Shown piece after piece: positions 60,965 through 64,000 of a stretch of 64,000 nt of DNA. This stretch comes from Microbotryum violaceum (lineage: Eukaryota). Made by a program: the position numbers and the translations under genes. A model generated the notes under the pieces. It searched no databases. It was not told the DNA's origin and saw nothing but the letters and a program-made list of their open reading frames with translations. Position 1 is the first letter of the stretch, and each line of letters opens with the position of its first letter. The stretch is from assembly GCA_001244265.2 (NCBI GenBank), contig CDLV01000014.1, positions 682,001 to 746,000 on the forward strand, written 5' to 3'.

Positions 60965-63444
60965 TCACTCCAACCAAACATCCCTCCCCTCCCAGCCTTC
61001 CTCGACCCTAATCCCCCTCTGCCCTTCCTTGAACCTACAAATTCGATCACAACTCATCCTCTCCTCCAATCGATCACAAGCGACTACGTGATCGAGCGCT
61101 TTGGAAAGGGTCCACTTTTGCCAGTGATTACGTTCGGGCCAGTCGTGGTTCATGAGTTTGATTGTCGGCGAGGAGAGGAAAGGTTCGGTGGAGAGCGTGG
61201 AGAGCAGGTGGCGGATGGAGGTGATTTGACGCATGTCTAAGCAGGGGGGGAAGGGGGGGGAAGGGGGGAGAGAGAGATCAGTTCGTCGTTTTTCCTTGGG
61301 AATTCGTAAAAAAGAGAACTGACCCAATTCCACTTCTTCCAATAAACCCAAACTCGTCTCCACCGCCTTCCTCTCCCTCCACCCAAGATCGTAATCGGTC
61401 ATACCGGATCTCTCGATCGTACTCCCCCCACCGACCAAGAACTTGACCACATTCTTAGCATAAGTCGGCTCGACGATCCTCACCCCCAAATTTTGTTCGA
61501 GATGAGGTAAAGGGAACGCCGAATTGATCCTCTTGGATCGTTTCACCTCCCTCCCTATCGAATCAAGTTCCTGAAGATCCGTAAAGACCGCGAAAGCAGG
61601 GGGTTCGAAGGCCCGTTGGGTATATTTCGAAACCATCAAAACGATCTTGACGAGTTGGGTGAGTTCGTCCTTCGTTCCAACTAAAGGATCGATCGTAACA
61701 AGTCGAGAAGGAGTGGTATAATAACCTTTTGGAACGTCGGCCCAGAACCCTTGAGCTTTGGCGGTATACACCTTGGTCGGTGCATCATCGCCACATGTCA
61801 TATGGAAGGAGACGGAGGAATGACGAGAGGCGGAAAGGACGTCGTTCTCGAAATGGTAAGCACGAAAGAGGTCCGGGTCGAGAACGCGCACGCGGAGACC
61901 GTTGTTGGCGATGAAGGAGGACTTGAGCGGGCGTCGTCCGCTGCAGGGACCTTGGGAGGGGTCGCACGCTCGCAGTTCTGCGGTACCGAGGATCTGTGAG
62001 CGACATTTATCAGATTAGCGCAGTACGACACCGGCTCGAGAGCTCCTTGAAGCGATTCATCACCTCGTTGAAGTTGTTTTGATCCCTCGAGACCTTGATC
62101 AAATCCCTTTGGAGTACCGCATTCCAGGCCTCGGACGAAAGTTCACCCTTGCGCATCCAGAACCAGCCTGCAAGTGTGTGAAGGGAAGATTAGAAGTGGT
62201 TCCTTCGATCGACTACATCATCGGCATCACGACTCACCGGTGTTTAAATGATCCCACGAATCATTCTCTTGCGCAATCAGATCATAATCTTCCATGAAGG
62301 GCTCCATATGTGGATAGGGGTCACTGTGAGGCACGCGCATCACGTCAGTTGCGGGAACGAAAATTGATGAACCTCCAGACCTACAGTTTGAACGAGACGT
62401 CCGAGTCGACAAAGAAGACATCCCGGTGTTTCAACACCTCAATGAGACCTGCGAAGTGTCACGATGTGAGCTTTCGGGTCTGGAAGGGCTCAGGGTCCGA
62501 AGAGAGAAGCTCACCTGCAAGTTTGGGCCACGTTGCGACCCTGCGGGTAGAATATCTGGTGTTAGTACATATTCCTTTTGACACTTACCGGTCCAGTACG
62601 TCCTTACAAGATCTGCGAAACGACAATGAAGATGGCTCAGTTCCCCTCTCCCAACCCACTCCCTCAAAGCACACCCTCAAACGAACCTTGTCCGGTCGAT
62701 TATGGATAAACCCCCGAATGCATACCTCTCCATCTCCTCCATACTCTCGACACACTTTTCATCCAAACAGAGCGTCAAAACGACGGTCTCCCTGAAACTT
62801 CTCTTCGCTTGCCTCACCCCACCTTTCGAACGAACTTGCTCAACCCATCGGTCCTGGTTCAAGCGATCGACGAATTCGTTCAAGGCCGCTGCACCACTGG
62901 TGGACCAAAACGAATCGGCTAACGTTAACCAGAGATGAGGTTGGGGGTCGGAAGTGGAGGATAAGGGGAAGTGGGCTTCGAGGTATTCGGTAAGCGATCC
63001 GGGACCCGAATAAGCTCGGAGGTTGAACGGTGGCGGCGGCGCGATTCGTTTCGGAGGACCGGACGAGGCGGCGGCGGCTACGGCTTGGACCCGTGCTGCG
63101 GAGGACGATGAGAACGGAGTCCGATTCGGTCGGGCGCCGTAAAAGTTCCAAAGGCTTGAGCTAGTTGCTTTGTTGGATCGTATGTCTTCGGGCGAGATGA
63201 ACCGTATCCGGTCTGGATCGGTTTGGTGGTGTGTAGTAGAAGAACGCAGTTGATGGAATCCCAGTAGGATGAGCAACGCGACGACGAGCAAGATCCATCG
63301 CCGTCGCACCGTCACCGCGCCGGAAGCGCCGCCGTCCAAGAAGCCCGAAGGCGAGTACCTCAAGCTCGAACTCGTGCCACCAGCCGAGGTCGTCGCTGGT
63401 AACGGCAGTTTGGAGGGGCTACCTCCAGTCGTGGTGGAATGCAT
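60965..63444 (-). CDS. Nucleotide-diphospho-sugar transferase (GT77-like), type II membrane
   Basis: TM WILLVVALLILLG, VLTLCLDE, RDVFFVDSDV (DxD), DPYPHM...YDLIAQE...LNTG.WMR. Confidence 0.75.
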
Positions 63445-64000
63445 GGTCGGGATGGGGAAGGACAGGACAAGAGAGGTGAGAGGTTGCTGAGAAGAGAACC
63501 AAGTTAAACGGACGCGACACCGGTTACCGCTGCTGCTGCTTGGGTGCTCTCGCTCGGCGCTCGGCGTATGCTACTGCGCATTCGCCCAGCCCAGCGCAGT
63601 GAGCACTGCCCGAGCCCGACGGGGCGGCCGAGTTGGGTAATTTTGGTCTCGTTACGGCTGTAGCCATGCTCAGCAAATGTTTGGAAAAAGATGCTGTAGC
63701 TATTCTTATGAGCTAGAATTTAATTTTTGGGTGCATTGTAGGTGTGCACCAACTGTGTGTTTTCGAGGACTGCTGGCCTGAGACCGCTCGGCACTACTCA
63801 GCGCTCAGCGCTCAGCCCTGACCGGCCTTGGCAGGCTCCCCAGCCCGCCCCAGCCGCGCTCGGCCGCGAGCGCGCGAGCAGCGAAGGGACCTCCCCCACA
63901 TTCCAAATTTCGACCCCTCTCCTCTCCACCACCGCGCACTAGCGCACGTCATGCTTTCCCCCCTACCCCTCACTCCCGCAGATGTGCTCTCCTCAGCTTG

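Noticed and set aside
33289-63444. Glycosyltransferase biosynthetic gene cluster
   Set aside because: The three GT-like genes are separated by unrelated housekeeping genes (COX5, NUC1, PDA1, HEL2, CRM1).

Overview
This is eukaryotic fungal DNA: intron-rich and GC-rich, and it looks basidiomycete (Microbotryomycetes-like by inference). It has two parts. (1) Positions 1-~13,200 are a minus-strand accessory block. A young, full-length Ty1/Copia LTR retrotransposon (5426-10091, CTCGA target-site duplication) sits inside a spliced gene. Removing the Copia restores a reading frame for a Fanzor1-like protein, the eukaryotic TnpB/Cas12-related RNA-guided nuclease. It carries a WED-like GSFTTNG motif, RuvC-I SIDLG, and RuvC-II/zinc-finger VSEYLTSKLCxxxxC. 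I could not locate the RuvC-III exon. Downstream, in the same orientation, lie a Ser/Pro-rich spliced gene and a frameshifted Ulp1-type protease/Zn-finger transposon-like gene that runs off the left edge. (2) Positions ~13,500-64,000 hold ordinary host genes: ATG8, ERG26-like, BEM46-like hydrolase, three tandem Mtr-like amino-acid transporters, an Ste20/GCK kinase, a membrane glutaredoxin, TMA7, three glycosyltransferase-like genes, COX5, NUC1, PDA1, HEL2, a secreted protein, CRM1 and a RING protein. Exon boundaries were read by eye and are approximate where stated. Many frameshifts fall in homopolymer runs and may be assembly errors.
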